64,000 nucleotides of DNA from the human T2T-CHM13v2.0 reference genome, Homo sapiens, in assembly GCF_009914755.1 (NCBI RefSeq), contig NC_060948.1. The stretch is one strand, 5' to 3'. Each line of letters opens with the position of its first letter. Position 1 is the stretch's first letter. The translations under genes were made by a program, and so were the position numbers. Positions 21,891 through 42,031 of this stretch are shown one piece after another. Under the pieces are notes generated by a model. It did not search any database. It was not told the origin of the DNA and was given only the letters and a program-made list of their open reading frames with translations.

Positions 21891-23989
21891 AGATCCATAT
21901 TTTTTAAATGAAAAAAAATTTCAAAGGTACTCTGCTTGGTACAATAATCAAATGTATAAACTGAGGAATAAAACATAACCATGAAACCTACTTATAACTG
22001 CATATGGAAAATACAGAGGATAATTTTTTAAATCACATATTTTGAAAGCCTTAACTAGTAATTTGAAGAGTTGGCATTTGAAAGGCCAGTATGAATATAC
22101 CTTCAAAGCAGCAACACAGGTTCCCCATGAGAAAAAGCAAACTCAGGGAAAATAAAACCACAAAGGTTCAATCTCTTCTGACCTTTGAAAGACACAGCAC
22201 AGACAGTGGTCCTTAGGACGAAGAGCAGGAGACCCCTAATTCCGTCACCATGGCGATAGGGCATAAACATTGCTGGGTGAGGGCACAATCCACATTGTGA
22301 GGTCCAACTGCTGCCAGGAAGACAGGAGTGCTTTTACATAGACCGAAAGGTCATTGAAGGCTCAGAGTTTTGTTTCAAGAACTGAATCCCAAGCCCACAC
22401 GTTATTAGGCTGCGCTTCTTAAAACAAGTTATGAGATGGGAAAAAGGGCACCTACAAACATACGTATACATTATGTATATAATAATATACAGTATCATAT
22501 ATATAATATATATAACCCATGTATAATATTGTTTTACATCCTGCATCTTATATTATATATATTGTATAAAATATAATAATTGATAATATATAAATTTTAT
22601 ATTTATACAATATGACATATAGTATATATTATAATTTATTACATATATAATATATGTTATATATCATATATAGAATATATTATACGGTTAATATACGTAT
22701 TAAATATAAATTATACATTATATATATTATATATAATATATCTGCTATATATAATACCCATTGTGCATAATATATATATTATGTCTATGTTATATAATAT
22801 AAAACAACATATAATAATATATAATTGCATATATAAAACGCGACATATAATATATATTATATTTTATGACATATGTAATATATATTATATATTATATATA
22901 ATACGTTGTATGTATAATACCTATATTAAATATAAATTATATGACTATGTTATTAATTACATGTCACATATGTTATATATTATATATTTTACATAGAATA
23001 TACCGGTTACATACAATATATACTATGTTACCTATAATGTATAATTTATTACATGTAAAATAAAGAATGCAATATATTATGTATAATTTATAATATACAA
23101 TATGTGGAATGTGATATATATAACATATAATATATGATATATGATATACAGTATATGATATATAACATACAATATATGATACCTAATATATATGGTATAC
23201 AATATATATTTTATGATATGTATTCTATATGTTTTATATTCTGATATATATAACTATTTGAAATTATATATAACTGTATAATATTTTATGTAAATATGTA
23301 ATATAATATATAACTATATAATATATTATATATAACTATATATTATGTTATATATACTTTTATAACATAATTTACATAAAATATCATAATATAATATATA
23401 TTATATTATTTCATATTACATAATATATATTACATATCACCCAATATAAGTAACATACATAATATTATAATATAGATTATATTATGTTATATTAAATATC
23501 ATATATATCATGTATCATATATTCTATAATATATATGATACATTATATAATATGTATGCTGTCTATTATGTGATATATATAACTATATATAATTATATTA
23601 TTATACATATTACTAGATAAACATGTAATTCTACATATTTTCATTTATAATATATAGAATTATATAATCATATATAATTATTTATATTCTATAAAAAATT
23701 ATATCATTATATAAATTATAATATATAAAAATTATAATATGTACTACAAATATATATATTATATATCATATATGATATAGTACCTTTGTTATATATCATA
23801 ATACATATAAATGTGTATTATGCTATCTATAATTATATAATTTCATATATAAGATGTATAATATGTATTATATATTATATATGTTATGTAATATATATAG
23901 TATATATAAGATGACACAGGATAAATATTATATACTATGACATATAAAATATATGAGGTTATATGTTACATATAAGGCATAGCACATAA

Positions 23990-24304
<315 letters not shown>

Positions 24305-26403
24305 AGATCCATATTTTTTAAATGAAAAAAAATTTCAAAGGTACTCTGCTTGGTACAATAATCAAATGTATAAACTGAGGAATAAAACATAACCATGAAA
24401 CCTACTTATAACTGCATATGGAAAATACAGAGGATAATTTTTTAAATAACATATTTTGAAAGCCTTAACTAGTAATTTGAAGAGTTGGCATTTGAAAGGC
24501 CAGTATGAATACACCTTCAAAGCAGCAACACAGGTTCCCCATGAGAAAAAGCAAACTCAGGGAAAATAAAACCACAAAGGTTCAATCTCTTCTGACCTTT
24601 GAAAGACACAGCACAGACAGTGGTCCTTAGGACGAAGAGCAGGAGACCCCTAATTCCGTCACCATGGCGATAGGGCATAAACATTGCTGGGTGAGGGCAC
24701 AATCCACATTGTGAGGTCCAACTGCTGCCAGGAAGACAGGAGTGCTTTTACATAGACCGAAAGGTCATTGAAGGCTCAGAGTTTTGTTTCAAGAACTGAA
24801 TCCCAAGCCCACACGTTATTAGGCTGCGCTTCTTAAAACAAGTTATGAGATGGGAAAAAGGGCACCTACAAACATACGTATACATTATGTATATAATAAT
24901 ATACAGTATCATATATATAATATATATAACCCATGTATAATATTGTTTTACATCCTGCATCTTATATTATATATATTGTATAAAATATAATAATTGATAA
25001 TATATAAATTTTATATTTATACAATATGACCTATAGTATATATTATAATTTATTACATATATAATATATGTTATATATCATGTATAGAATATATTATACG
25101 GTTAATATACGTATTAAATATAAATTATACATTATATATATTATATATAATATATCTGCTATATATAATACCCATTGTGCATAATATATATATTATGTCT
25201 ATGTTATATAATATAAAACAACATATAATAATATATAATTGCATATATAAAACGCGACATATAATATATATTATATTTTATGACATATGTAATATATATT
25301 ATATATTATATATAATACGTTGTATGTATAATACCTATATTAAATATAAATTATATGACTATGTTATTAATTACATGTCACATATGTTATATATTATATA
25401 TTTTACATAGAATATACCGGTTACATACAATATATACTATGTTACCTATAATGTATAATTTATTACATGTAAAATAAAGAATGCAATATATTATGTATAA
25501 TTTATAATATACAATATGTGGAATGTGATATATATAACATATAATATATGATATATGATATACAGTATATGATATATAACATACAATATATGATACCTAA
25601 TATATATGGTATACAATATATATTTTATGATATGTATTCTATATGTTTTATATTCTGATATATATAACTATTTGAAATTATATATAACTGTATAATATTT
25701 TATGTAAATATGTAATATAATATATAACTATATAATATATTATATATAACTATATATTATGTTATATATACTTTTATAACATAATTTACATAAAATATCA
25801 TAATATAATATATATTATATTATTTCATATTACATAATATATATTACATATCACCCAATATAAGTAACATACATAATATTATAATATAGATTATATTATG
25901 TTATATTAAATATCATATATATCATGTATCATATATTCTATAATATATATGATACATTATATAATATGTATGCTGTCTATTATGTGATATATATAACTAT
26001 ATATAATTATATTATTATACATATTACTAGATAAACATGTAATTCTACATATTTTCATTTATAATATATAGAATTATATAATCATATATAATTATTTATA
26101 TTCTATAAAAAATTATATCATTATATAAATTATAATATATAAAAATTATAATATGTACTACAAATATATATATTATATATCATATATGATATAGTACCTT
26201 TGTTATATATCATAATACATATAAATGTGTATTATGTTATCTATAATTATATAATTTCATATATAAGATGTATAATATGTATTATATATTATATATGTTA
26301 TGTAATATATATAGTATATATAAGATGACACAGGATAAATATTATATACTATGACATATAAAATATATGAGGTTATATGTTACATATAAGGCATAGCACA
26401 TAA

Positions 26404-26718
<315 letters not shown>

Positions 26719-28817
26719 AGATCCATATTTTTTAAATGAAAAAAAATTTCAAAGGTACTCTGCTTGGTACAATAATCAAATGTATAAACTGAGGAATAAA
26801 ACATAACCATGAAACCTACTTATAACTGCATATGGAAAATACAGAGGATAATTTTTTAAATAACATATTTTGAAAGCCTTAACTAGTAATTTGAAGAGTT
26901 GGCATTTGAAAGGCCAGTATGAATACACCATCAAAGCAGCAACACAGGTTCCCCATGAGAAAAAGCAAACTCAGGGAAAATAAAACCACAAAGGTTCAAT
27001 CTCTTCTGACCTTTGAAAGACACAGCACAGACAGTGGTCCTTAGGACGAAGAGCAGGAGACCCCTAATTCCGTCACCATGGCGATAGGGCATAAACATTG
27101 CTGGGTGAGGGCACAATCCACATTGTGAGGTCCAACTGCTGCCAGGAAGACAGGAGTGCTTTTACATAGACCGAAAGGTCATTGAAGGCTCAGAGTTTTG
27201 TTTCAAGAACTGAATCCCAAGCCCACACGTTATTAGGCTGCGCTTCTTAAAACAAGTTATGAGATGGGAAAAAGGGCACCTACAAACATACGTATACATT
27301 ATGTATATAATAATATACAGTATCATATATATAATATATATAACCCATGTATAATATTGTTTTACATCCTGCATCTTATATTATATATATTGTATAAAAT
27401 ATAATAATTGATAATATATAAATTTTATATTTATACAATATGACATATAGTATATATTATTATTTATTACATATATAATATATGTTATATATCATATATA
27501 GAATATATTATACGGTTAATATACGAATTAAATATAAATTATACATTATATATATTATATATAATATATCTGCTATATATAATACCCATTGTGCATAATA
27601 TATATATTATGTCTATGTTATATAATATAAAACAACATATAATAATATATAATTGCATATATAAAACGCGACATATAATATATATTATATTTTATGACAT
27701 ATGTAATATATATTATATATTATATATAATACGTTGTATGTATAATACCTATATTAAATATAAATTATATGACTATGTTATTAATTACATGTCACATATG
27801 TTATATATTATATATTTTACATAGAATATACCGGTTACATACAATATATACTATGTTACCTATAATGTATAATTTATTACATGTAAAATAAAGAATGCAA
27901 TATATTATGTATAATTTATAATATACAATATGTGGAATGTGATATATATAACATATAATATATGATATATGATATACAGTATATGATATATAACATACAA
28001 TATATGATACCTAATATATATGGTATACAATATATATTTTATGATATGTATTCTATATGTTTTATATTCTGATATATATAACTATTTGAAATTATATATA
28101 ACTGTATAATATTTTATGTAAATATGTAATATAATATATAACTATATAATATATTATATATAACTATATATTATGTTATATATACTTTTATAACATAATT
28201 TACATAAAATATCATAATATAATATATATTATATTATTTCATATTACATAATATATATTACATATCACCCAATATAAGTAACATACATAATATTATAATA
28301 TAGATTATATTATGTTATATTAAATATCATATATATCATGTATCATATATTCTATAATATATATGATACATTATATAATATGTATGCTGTCTATTATGTG
28401 ATATATATAACTATATATAATTATATTATTATACATATTACTAGATAAACATGTAATTCTACATATTTTCATTTATAATATATAGAATTATATAATCATA
28501 TATAATTATTTATATTCTATAAAAAATTATATCATTATATAAATTATAATATATAAAAATTATAATATGTACTACAAATATATATATTATATATCATATA
28601 TGATATAGTACCTTTGTTATATATCATAATACATATAAATGTGTATTATGTTATCTATAATTATATAATTTCATATATAAGATGTATAATATGTATTATA
28701 TATTATATATGTTATGTAATATATATAGTATATATAAGATGACACAGGATAAATATTATATACTATGACATATAAAATATATGAGGTTATATGTTACATA
28801 TAAGGCATAGCACATAA

Positions 28818-29132
<315 letters not shown>

Positions 29133-31233
29133 AGATCCATATTTTTTAAATGAAAAAAAATTTCAAAGGTACTCTGCTTGGTACAATAATCAAATGTATA
29201 AACTGAGGAATAAAACATAACCATGAAACCTACTTATAACTGCATATGGAAAATACAGAGGATAATTTTTTAAATAACATATTTTGAAAGCCTTAACTAG
29301 TAATTTGAAGAGTTGGCATTTGAAAGGCCAGTATGAATACACCTTCAAAGCAGCAACACAGGTTCCCCATGAGAAAAAGCAAACTCAGGGAAAATAAAAC
29401 CACAAAGGTTCAATCTCTTCTGACCTTTGAAAGACACAGCACAGACAGTGGTCCTTAGGACGAAGAGCAGGAGACCCCTAATTCCGTCACCATGGCGATA
29501 GGGCATAAACATTGCTGGGTGAGGGCACAATCCACATTGTGAGGTCCAACTGCTGCCAGGAAGACAGGAGTGCTTTTACATAGACCGAAAGGTCATTGAA
29601 GGCTCAGAGTTTTGTTTCAAGAACTGAATCCCAAGCCCACACGTTATTAGGCTGCGCTTCTTAAAACAAGTTATGAGATGGGAAAAAGGGCACCTACAAA
29701 CATACGTATACATTATGTATATAATAATATACAGTATCATATATATAATATATATAACCCATGTATAATATTGTTTTACATCCTGCATCTTATATTATAT
29801 ATATTGTATAAAATATAATAATTGATAATATATAAATTTTATATTTATACAATATGACATATAGTATATATTATAATTTATTACATATATAATATATGTT
29901 ATATATCATATATAGAATATATTATACGGTTAATATACGTATTAAATATAAATTATACATTATATATATTATATATAATATATCTGCTATATATAATACC
30001 CATTGTGCATAATATATATATTATGTCTATGTTATATATAGTATAAAACAACATATAATAATATATAATTGTATATATAAAACGCGACATATAATATATA
30101 TTATATTTTATGACATATGTAATATATATTATATATTATATATAATACGTTGTATGTATAATACCTATATTAAATATAAATTATATGACTATGTTATTAA
30201 TTACATGTCACATATGTTATATATTATATATTTTACATAGAATATACCGGTTACATACAATATATACTATGTTACCTATAATGTATAATTTATTACATGT
30301 AAAATAAAGAATGCAATATATTATGTATAATTTATAATATACAATATGTGGAATGTGATATATATAACATATAATATATGATATATGATATACAGTATAT
30401 GATATATAACATACAATCTATGATACCTAATATATATGGTATACAATATATATTTTATGATATGTATTCTATATGTTTTATATTCTGTTATATATAACTA
30501 TTTGAAATTATATATAACTGTATAATATTTTATGTAAATATGTAATATAATATATAACTATATAATATATTATATATAACTATATATTATGTTATATATA
30601 CTTTTATAACATAATTTACATAAAATATCATAATATAATATATATTATATTATTTCATATTACATAATATATATTACATATCACCCAATATAAGTAACAT
30701 ACATAATATTATAATATAGATTATATTATGTTATATTAAATATCATATATATCATGTATCATATATTCTATAATATATATGATACATTATATAATATGTA
30801 TGTTGTCTATTATGTGATATATATAACTATATATAATTATATTATTATACATATTACTAGATAAACATGTAATTCTACATATTTTCATTTATAATATATA
30901 GAATTATATAATCATATATAATTATTTATATTCTATAAAAAATTATATCATTATATAAATTATAATATATAAAAATTATAATATGTACTACAAATATATA
31001 TATTATATATCATATATGATATAGTACCTTTGTTATATATCATAATACGTATAAATGTGTATTATGTTATCTATAATTATATAATTTCATATATAAGATG
31101 TATAATATGTATTATATATTATATATGTTATGTAATATATATAGTATATATAAGATGACACAGGATAAATATTATATACTATGACATATAAAATATATGA
31201 GGTTATATGTTACATATAAGGCATAGCACATAA

Positions 31234-31548
<315 letters not shown>

Positions 31549-33649
31549 AGATCCATATTTTTTAAATGAAAAAAAATTTCAAAGGTACTCTGCTTGGTAC
31601 AATAATCAAATGTATAAACTGAGGAATAAAACATAACCATGAAACCTACTTATAACTGCATATGGAAAATACAGAGGATAATTTTTTAAATAACATATTT
31701 TGAAAGCCTTAACTAGTAATTTGAAGAGTTGGCATTTGAAAGGCCAGTATGAATATACCTTCAAAGCAGCAACACAGGTTCCCCATGAGAAAAAGCAAAC
31801 TCAGGGAAAATAAAACCACAAAGGTTCAATCTCTTCTGACCTTTGAAAGACACAGCACAGACAGTGGTCCTTAGGACGAAGAGCAGGAGACCCCTAATTC
31901 CGTCACCATGGCGATAGGGCATAAACATTGCTGGGTGAGGGCACAATCCACATTGTGAGGTCCAACTGCTGCCAGGAAGACAGGAGTGCTTTTACATAGA
32001 CCGAAAGGTCATTGAAGGTTCAGAGTTTTGTTTCAAGAACTGAATCCCAAGCCCACACGTTATTAGGCTGCGCTTCTTAAAACAAGTTATGAGATGGGAA
32101 AAAGGGCACCTACAAACATATGTATACATTATGTATATAATAATATACAGTATCATATATATAATATATATAACCCATGTATAATATTGTTTTACATCCT
32201 GCATCTTATGTTATATATATTGTATAAAATATAATAATTGATAATATATAAATTTTATATTTATACAATATGACATATAGTATATATTATAATTTATTAC
32301 ATATATAATATATGTTATATATCATATATAGAATATATTCTATGGTTAATATACGTATTAAATATAAATTATACATTATATATATTATATATAATATATC
32401 TGCTATATATAATACCCATTGTGCATAATATATATATTATGTCTATGTTATATATAGTATAAAACAACATATAATAATATATAATTGTATATATAAAACG
32501 CGACGTATAATATATATTATATTTTATGACAGATGTAATATATATTATATATTATATATAATACGTTGTATGTATAATACCTATATTAAATATAAATTAT
32601 ATGACTATGTTATTAATTACATGTCACATATGTTATATATTATATATTTTACATAGAATATACCGGTTAAATACAATATATACTATGTTACCTATAATGT
32701 ATAATTTATTACATGTAAAATAAAGAATGCAATATATTATGTATAATTTATAATATACAATATGTGGAATGTGATATATATAACATATAATATATGATAT
32801 ATGATATACAGTATATGATATATAACATACAATGTATGATACCTAATATATATGGTATACAATATATATTTTATGATATGTATTCTATATGTTTTATATT
32901 CTGTTATATATAACTATTTGAAATTATATATAACTGTATAATATTTTATGTAAATATGTAATATAATATATAACTATATAATATATTATATATAACTATA
33001 TATTATGTTATATATACTTTTATAACATAATTTACATAAAATATCATAATATAATATATATTATATTATTTCATATTACATAATATATATTACATATCAC
33101 CCAATATAAGTAACATACATAATATTATAATATAGATTATATTATGTTATATTAAATATCATATATATCATGTATCATATATTCTATAATATATATGATA
33201 CATTATATAATATGTATGTTGTCTATTATGTGATATATATAACTATATATAATTATATTATTATACATATTACTAGATAAACATGTAATTCTACATATTT
33301 TCCTTTATAATATATAGAATTATATAATCATATATAATTATTTATATTCTATAAAAAATTATATCATTATATAAATTATAATATATAAAAATTATAATAT
33401 GTACTACAAATATATATATTATATATCATATATGATATAGTACCTTTGTTATATATCATAATACATATAAATGTGTATTATGTTATCTATAATTATATAA
33501 TTTCATATATAAGATGTATAATATGTATTATATAGTATATATGTTATGTAATATATATAGTATATATAAGATGACACAGGATAAATATTATATACTATGA
33601 CATATAAAATATATGAGGTTATATGTTACATATAAGGCATAGCACATAA

Positions 33650-33964
<315 letters not shown>

Positions 33965-36063
33965 AGATCCATATTTTTTAAATGAAAAAAAATTTCAAAG
34001 GTACTCTGCTTGGTACAATAATCAAATGTATAAACTGAGGAATAAAACATAACCATGAAACCTACTTATAACTGCATATGGAAAATACAGAGGATAATTT
34101 TTTAAATAACATATTTTGAAAGCCTTAACTAGTAATTTGAAGAGTTGGCATTTGAAAGGCCAGTATGAATATACCTTCAAAGCAGCAACACAGGTTCCCC
34201 ATGAGAAAAAGCAAACTCAGGGAAAATAAAACCACAAAGGTACAATCTCTTCTGACCTTTGAAAGACACAGCACAGACAGTGGTCCTTAGGACGAAGAGC
34301 AGGAGACCCCTAATTCCGTCACCATGGCGATAGGGCATAAACATTGCTGGGTGAGGGCACAATCCACATTGTGAGGTCCAACTGCTGCCAGGAAGACAGG
34401 AGTGCTTTTACATAGACCGAAAGGTCATTGAAGGCTCAGAGTTTTGTTTCAAGAACTGAATCCCAAGCCCACACGTTATTAGGCTGCGCTTCTTAAAACA
34501 AGTTATGAGATGGGAAAAAGGGCACCTACAAACATACGTATACATTATGTATATAATAATATACAGTATCATATATATAATATATATAACCTATGTATAA
34601 TATTGTTTTACATCCTGCATCTTATATTATATATATTGTATAAAATATAATAATTGATAATATATAAATTTTATATTTATACAATATGACATATAGTATA
34701 TATTATAATTTATTACATATATAATATATGTTATATATCATATATAGAATATATTATACGGTTAATATACGTATTAAATATAAATTATACATTATATATA
34801 TTATATATAATATATCTGCTATATATAATACCCATTGTGCATAATATATATATTATGTCTATGTTATATAATATAAAACAACATATAATAATATATAATT
34901 GTATATATAAAACGCGACATATAATATATATTATATTTTATGACATATGTAATATATATTATATATTATATATAATACGTTGTATGTATAATACCTATAT
35001 TAAATATAAATTATATGACTATGTTATTAATTACATGTCACATATGTTATATATTATATATTTTACATAGAATATACCGGTTACATACAATATATACTAT
35101 GTTACCTATAATGTATAATTTATTACATGTAAAATAAAGAATGCAATATATTATGTATAATTTATAATATACAATATGTGGAATGTGATATATATAACAT
35201 ATAATATATGACATATGATATACAGTATATGATATATAATATACAATATATGATACCTAATATATATGGTATACAATATATATTTTATGATATGTATTCT
35301 ATATGTTTTATATTCTGATATATATAACTATTTGAAATTATATATAACTGTATAATATTTTATGTAAATATGTAATATAATATATAACTATATAATATAT
35401 TATATATAACTATATATAATGTTATATATACTTTTATAACATAATTTACATAAAATATCATAATATAATATATATTATATTATTTCATATTACATAATAT
35501 ATATTACATATCACCCAATATAAGTAACATACATAATATTATAATATAGATTATATTATGTTATATTAAATATCATATATATCATGTATCATATATTCTA
35601 TAATATATATGATACATTATATAATATGTATGCTGTCTATTATGTGATATATATAACTATATATAATTATATTATTATACATATTACTAGATAAACATGT
35701 AATTCTACATATTTTCATTTATAATATATAGAATTATATAATCATATATAATTATTTATATTCTATAAAAAATTATATCATTATATAAATTATAATATAT
35801 AAAAATTATAATATGTACTACAAATATATATATTATATATCATATATGATATAGTACCTTTGTTATATATCATAATACATATAAATGTGTATTATGTTAT
35901 CTATAATTATATAATTTCATATATAAGATGTATAATATGTATTATATATTATATATGTTATGTAATATATATAGTATATATAAGATGACACAGGATAAAT
36001 ATTATATACTATGACATATAAAATATATGAGGTTATATGTTACATATAAGGCATAGCACATAA

Positions 36064-36378
<315 letters not shown>

Positions 36379-37239
36379 AGATCCATATTTTTTAAATGAA
36401 AAAAAATTTCAAAGGTACTCTGCTTGGTACAATAATCAAATGTATAAACTGAGGAATAAAACATAACCATGAAACCTACTTATAACTGCATATGGAAAAT
36501 ACAGAGGATAATTTTTTAAATCACATATTTTGAAAGCCTTAACTAGTAATTTGAAGAGTTGGCATTTGAAAGGCCAGTATGAATATACCTTCAAAGCAGC
36601 AACACAGGTTCCCCATGAGAAAAAGCAAACTCAGGGAAAATAAAACCACAAAGGTTCAATCTCTTCTGACCTTTGAAAGACACAGCACAGACAGTGGTCC
36701 TTAGGACGAAGAGCAGGAGACCCCTAATTCCGTCACCATGGCGATAGCGCATAAACATTGCTGGGTGAGGGCACAATCCACATTGTGAGGTCCAACTGCT
36801 GCCAGGAAGACAGGAGTGCTTTTACATAGACCGAAAGGTCATTGAAGGCTCAGAGTTTTGTTTCAAGAACTGAATCCCAAGCCCACACGTTATTAGGCTG
36901 CGCTTCTTAAAACAAGTTATGAGATGGGAAAAAGGGCACCCACAAACATACGTATACATTATGTATATAATAATATACAGTATCATATATATAATATATA
37001 TAACCTATGTATAATATTGTTTTACATCCTGCATCTTATATTATATATATTGTATAAAATATAATAATTGATAAAATATAAGTTTTATATTTATACAATA
37101 TGACATATAGTATATATTATAATTTATGACATATATAATATATGTTATATATCATATATAGAATATATTATACGGTTAATATACGTATTAAATATAAATT
37201 ATACATTATATATATTATATAAAATATATCTGTTATATA

Positions 37240-38870
37240 TAATACCCATTATGCATAATATATATATTATGTCTATGTTATATATACTATAAAACAACAT
37301 ATAATAATATATAACTGTATATATAAAATGCGACATATAATATATATTATATTTTATGACATATGTAATATATATTATATATTATATATAATACGTTGTA
37401 TGTATAATACCTATATTAAATATATATTATATGACTATGTTATTAATTACATGTCACATATGTTATATATTATATATTTTACATAGAATATACCGGTTAC
37501 ATACAATATATACTATGTTACCTATAATGTATAATTGATTACATGTAAAATAAAGAATGCAATATATTATGTATAATTTATAATATACAATATGTGGAAT
37601 GTGATATATATAACATATAATATATGATATATGATATACAGTATATGATATATAACATACAATATATGATACCTGATATATATGGTATACAATATATATT
37701 TTATGATATGTATTCTCTATGTTTTATATTCTGTTATATATAACTATTTGAAATTATATATAACTGTATAATATTTTATGTAAATATGTAATATAATATA
37801 TATAACTATATAATATTTTATATATAACTATATATTATGTTATATATACTTTTATAACATAATTTACATAAAATATCATAATATAATATATATTATATTA
37901 TTTCATATTACATAATATACATTCCATATGACCCAATATAAGTAACATACATAATATTATAATATAGATTATATTATGTTATATTAAATTTCATATATAT
38001 CATGTATCATATATTCCATTATATATTATACATTATATAATATGTATGTTGTCTAATACCCATTATGCATAATATATATATTATGTCTATGTTATATATA
38101 GTATAAAACAACATATAATAATATATAATTGTATATATAAAATGCGACATATAATATATATTATATTTTATAACATATGTAATATATATTATATATTATA
38201 TATAATATGTTGTATGTATAATACCTATATTAAATATATATTATTTGACTATGTTATTAATTACATGTCACATGTGTTATATATTGTATATTTTACATAG
38301 AATATATCAGTTACATACAATATATACTATGTTACCAATAATGTATAATTTATTACATGTAAAATAAAGAATGCAATATATTATGTATAATTTATAATAT
38401 ACCATATGTGGAATGGATATATATAACATATAATATATGATATATGATATACAGTATATGATATATAACATACAATATATGATTCCTAATATATATGGTA
38501 TACAATATATATTTTATGATATGTATTCTATATGTTTTATATTCTGTTATATATAACTATTTGAAATTATATATAACTGTATAATATTTTATGTAAATAT
38601 GTAATATAATATATATAACTATATAATATATTATATATAACTATATATTATGTTATATATACTTTCATAACATAATTTACATAAAATATCATAATATAAT
38701 ATATATTATATTATTTCATATTACATAATATATATTACATATCACCCAATATAACTAACATACATAATATTATAATATAGATTATATTATGTTATATTAA
38801 ATATCATATAAATCATGTATCATATATTCTATAATATATATTACACATTATATAATATGTATGTTGTCTA
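37240..38870 (+). repeat. ~815 bp internal tandem duplication of the AT-rich segment (37240-38053 and 38054-38870) within a 3233-bp unit
   Basis: At 38041-38070, tatgtatgttgtcTAatacccattatgcat joins unit position ~1805 back to ~988. 2420+816-3 (two small deletions) = 3233, the observed spacing. Confidence 0.92.
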
Positions 38871-39296
38871 TTATGTGATATATATAACTATATATATAAT
38901 TATATTTTTATACATATAACTAGATAAACATGTAATTCTACATATTTTCATTTATAATATGTAGAATTATATAATCATATATAATTATTTATATTCTATA
39001 AAAAATTTTATCATTACATAAATTATAATATATAAAAATTATAATATGTACTACAAATATATATATTATATATCATATATGATATAGTACCTTTGTTATA
39101 TATCATAATACATATAAATGTGTATTATGTTATCTATAATTATATAATTTCATATATAAGATGTATAATATGTATCATATATTATATATGTTATGTAATA
39201 TATATAGTATATATAAGATGACACAGGATAAATATTACATACTATGACATATAAAATATATCAGGTTATATGTTACATATAAGGCATAGCACATAA

Positions 39297-39611
<315 letters not shown>

Positions 39612-41716
39612 AGATCCATATTTTTTAAATGAAAAAAAATTTCAAAGGTACTCTGCTTGGTACAATAATCAAATGTATAAACTGAGGAATAAAACATAAC
39701 CATGAAACCTACTTATAACTGCATATGGAAAATACAGAGGATAATTTTTTAAATAACATATTTTGAAAGCCTTAACTAGTAATTTGAAGAGCTGGCATTT
39801 GAAAGGCCAGTATGAATATACATTCAAATCAGCAACACAGGTTCCCCATGAGAAAAAGCAAACACAGGGAAAATAAAAACACAAAGGTTCAATCTCTTCT
39901 GACCTTTGAAAGACACAGCACAGACAGTGGTCCTTAGGACGAAGAGCAGGAGACCCCTAATTCCGTCACCATGGCGATAGGGCATAAACATTGCTGGGTG
40001 AGGGCACAATCCACATTGTGAGGTCCAACTGCTGCCAGGAAGACAGGAGTGCTTTTACATAGACCGAAAGGTCATTGAAGGCTCAGAGTTTTGTTTCAAG
40101 AACTGAATCCCAAGCCCACACGTTATTAGGCTGCGCTTCTTAAAACAAGTTATGAGATGGGAAAAAGGGCACCCACAAACATACGTATACATTATGTATA
40201 TAATAATATACAGTGTCATATATTTAATATATATAACCTATGTATAATATTGTTTTACATCCTGCATCTTATGTTATATATATTGTATAAAATATAATAA
40301 TTGATAATATATAAGTTTTATAATTATACAATATGACATATAGTATATATTATAATTTATGACATATATAATATATGTTATATGTCATATATAGAATATA
40401 TTATACGGTTAATATACGTATTAAATATAAATTACACATTATATATATTATATATAATATATCTGTTATATATAATACCCATTATGCATAATATATATAT
40501 TATGTCTATGTTATATATAGTATAAAACAACATATAATAATATATAATTGTATATATAAAATGCGACATATAATATATATTATATTTTATAACATATGTA
40601 ATATATATTATATATTATATATAATACGTTGTATGTATAATACCTATATTAAATATATATTATATGACTATGTTATTAATTACATGTCACATGTGTTATA
40701 TATTATATATTTTACATAGAATATACCGGTTACATACAATATATACTATGTTACCTATAATGTATAATTTATTACATGTAAAATAAAGAATGCAATATAT
40801 TATGTATAATTTATAATATACCATATGTGGAATGTGATATATATAACATATAATATATGATATATGATATACAGTATATGATATATAACATACAATATAT
40901 GATTCCTAATATATATTGTATACAATATATATTTTATGATATGTATTCTATATGTTTTATATTCTGTTATATATAACTATTTGAAATTATATATAACTGT
41001 ATAATATTTTATGTAAATATGTAATATAATATATATAACTATATAATATATTACATATAACTATATATTATGTTATATATACTTTTATAACATAATTTAC
41101 ATAAAATATCATAATGTAATATATATTATATTATTTCATATTACATAATATATATTACATATCACCCAATATAACTAACATACATAATATTATAATATAG
41201 ATTATATTGTGTTATATTAAATATCATATATATCATGTATCATATATTCTATAATATATATTACACATTATATAATATGTATGTTGTCTATTATGTGATA
41301 TATATAACTATATATATAATTATATTTTTATACATATAACTAGATAAACATGTAATTCTACATATTTTCATTTATAATATGTAGAATTATATAATCATAT
41401 ATAATTATTTATATTCTATAAAAAATTTTATCATTACATAAATTATAATATATAAAAATTATAATATGTACTACAAATATATATATTATATATCATATAT
41501 GATATAGTACCTTTGTTATATATCATAATACATATAAATGTGTATTATGTTATCTATAATTATATAATTTCATATATAAGATGTATAATATGTATCATAT
41601 ATTATATATGTTATGTAATATATATAGTATATATAAGATGACACAGGATAAATATTACATACTATGACATATAAAATATATCAGGTTATATGTTACATAT
41701 AAGGCATAGCACATAA

Positions 41717-42031
<315 letters not shown>

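Noticed and set aside
39669-39884. 71-aa ORF MCFYFP... in all right-block units
   Set aside because: By-product of the aacTc>aacAc subfamily variant removing a stop; no coding evidence
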